A DNA stretch of 64,000 nucleotides from positions 62,001 through 126,000 of the IMG/VR virus record IMGVR_UViG_3300025121_000282; one strand, 5' to 3'. The translations under genes were made by a program, and so were the position numbers. The notes beneath the pieces were generated by a model. That model did not search any database. It had not been told where the DNA came from and saw only the letters and a program-made list of their open reading frames with translations. Below, piece after piece: positions 63,209 to 64,000 of this stretch (positions within the stretch are counted from its first letter, which is position 1; each line of letters starts with the position of its first letter).

Positions 63209-63997
63209 TTAATCTGCCGATTTGTCAGTGGTACTGCTAAACATCTTCCTGGTTTCTTCCACACGCCATTCCTTAAAACCCGGAGCAAGAGCGTCGAGGT
63301 AGTCCTCAGCATTGACCTGTCTGGCGTTCCACCTAATGTTTTCCAAGACACGCGGTTCCAATTTCCACAGCAGTCTGACGTTCTCTTGGTTTTGACACCC
63401 CAACGAGGTTACCCAGTATTCTCTGTTCACACGTTTGACAGTAAACGGATAACTCTTGGTGGAAATTACTCGAATACCCGGGTCCCTGTTGGTGTTCCCG
63501 TGCCACAACGGGTTCTTATACTTACACCATCCGGGGATGCCGTAGCGGTTCCACCACAAAGACTTGGCAGGCTTGTAATCAAAGTCCGCCAAATCAAGTA
63601 CTTCTGGGTCTTTCGCTTCGTGACCTGGGAATCCCATTTTAAAGACCCCCAACAATTGGTCATTTTGGTTGTAGACCGAGTCCACGTAGTCCCATTCGTT
63701 GCAGTCATTGAAAATGATTACTCTCCACCCGTTTGAGGCTTTGTACTCGACATTGCCCGCAAATACGAATTGAGGTTCTGTGTCAGAAGTGAGGGTGATG
63801 TAACCAGTCTCAATGAGCTTGAAAAAATCCAGAATCTTAGATTTCATGACTTTTGTGTTTGTCCTATAACCACAAACAGGTAGGGAAGCGCGGTCATAAG
63901 TGGGAAAACCCTCACACTTGTGTACAACCTCATCACATTGCCAATCTGGTTCAGCCCTGCAGACCACACACCAACCATCTGGAGTACTGTGTGCCAT
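63209..63997 (-). CDS. hypothetical protein
   Basis: 262 aa ORF. Confidence 0.6.
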   Translation of the reverse strand: MAHSTPDGWCVVCRAEPDWQCDEVVHKCEGFPTYDRASLPVCGYRTNTKVMKSKILDFFKLIETGYITLTSDTEPQFVFAGNVEYKASNGWRVIIFNDCNEWDYVDSVYNQNDQLLGVFKMGFPGHEAKDPEVLDLADFDYKPAKSLWWNRYGIPGWCKYKNPLWHGNTNRDPGIRVISTKSYPFTVKRVNREYWVTSLGCQNQENVRLLWKLEPRVLENIRWNARQVNAEDYLDALAPGFKEWRVEETRKMFSSTTDKSAD

Positions 63998-64000
63998 TCT

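Noticed and set aside
1-64000. CRISPR array, and TnpB as a Cas12 effector
   Set aside because: I found no regularly spaced direct repeats near 30169-31590 or elsewhere, so the protein is treated as TnpB.

Overview
This looks like a 64 kb accessory and tRNA region of a large (jumbo-type) bacteriophage genome, read in the standard code 11. It is densely packed with short, mostly hypothetical ORFs, which run mainly on + for 1-14.7 kb and mainly on - after that. Recognisable genes include nucleotide-metabolism enzymes (dCMP deaminase, thymidine kinase, two MazG-like proteins), RNase HI, rIIA/rIIB and a BCS1-like AAA ATPase. There is an NAD/ADP-ribose-processing set (Sir2, DraG-like, PARG-like, NADAR, SLOG), a response regulator/PAS histidine kinase operon, orphan HigA antitoxins, a solo TnpB and several free-standing HNH, PD-(D/E)XK and GIY-YIG nucleases. 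Nine tRNA genes lie on the - strand. Three of them (Leu-UAA, Arg-UCU and a non-initiator CAU tRNA) are interrupted in the anticodon loop by ORF-less IC3-type group I introns. The Leu and Arg introns share identical core blocks, and homing-type endonucleases sit next to, not inside, the intron-bearing tRNAs. Several long ORF-poor intergenic stretches fold into large multi-hairpin structures and are candidate new ncRNAs. No CRISPR array or rRNA was seen. All protein family calls come from motif recognition by eye, and no database searches were run.
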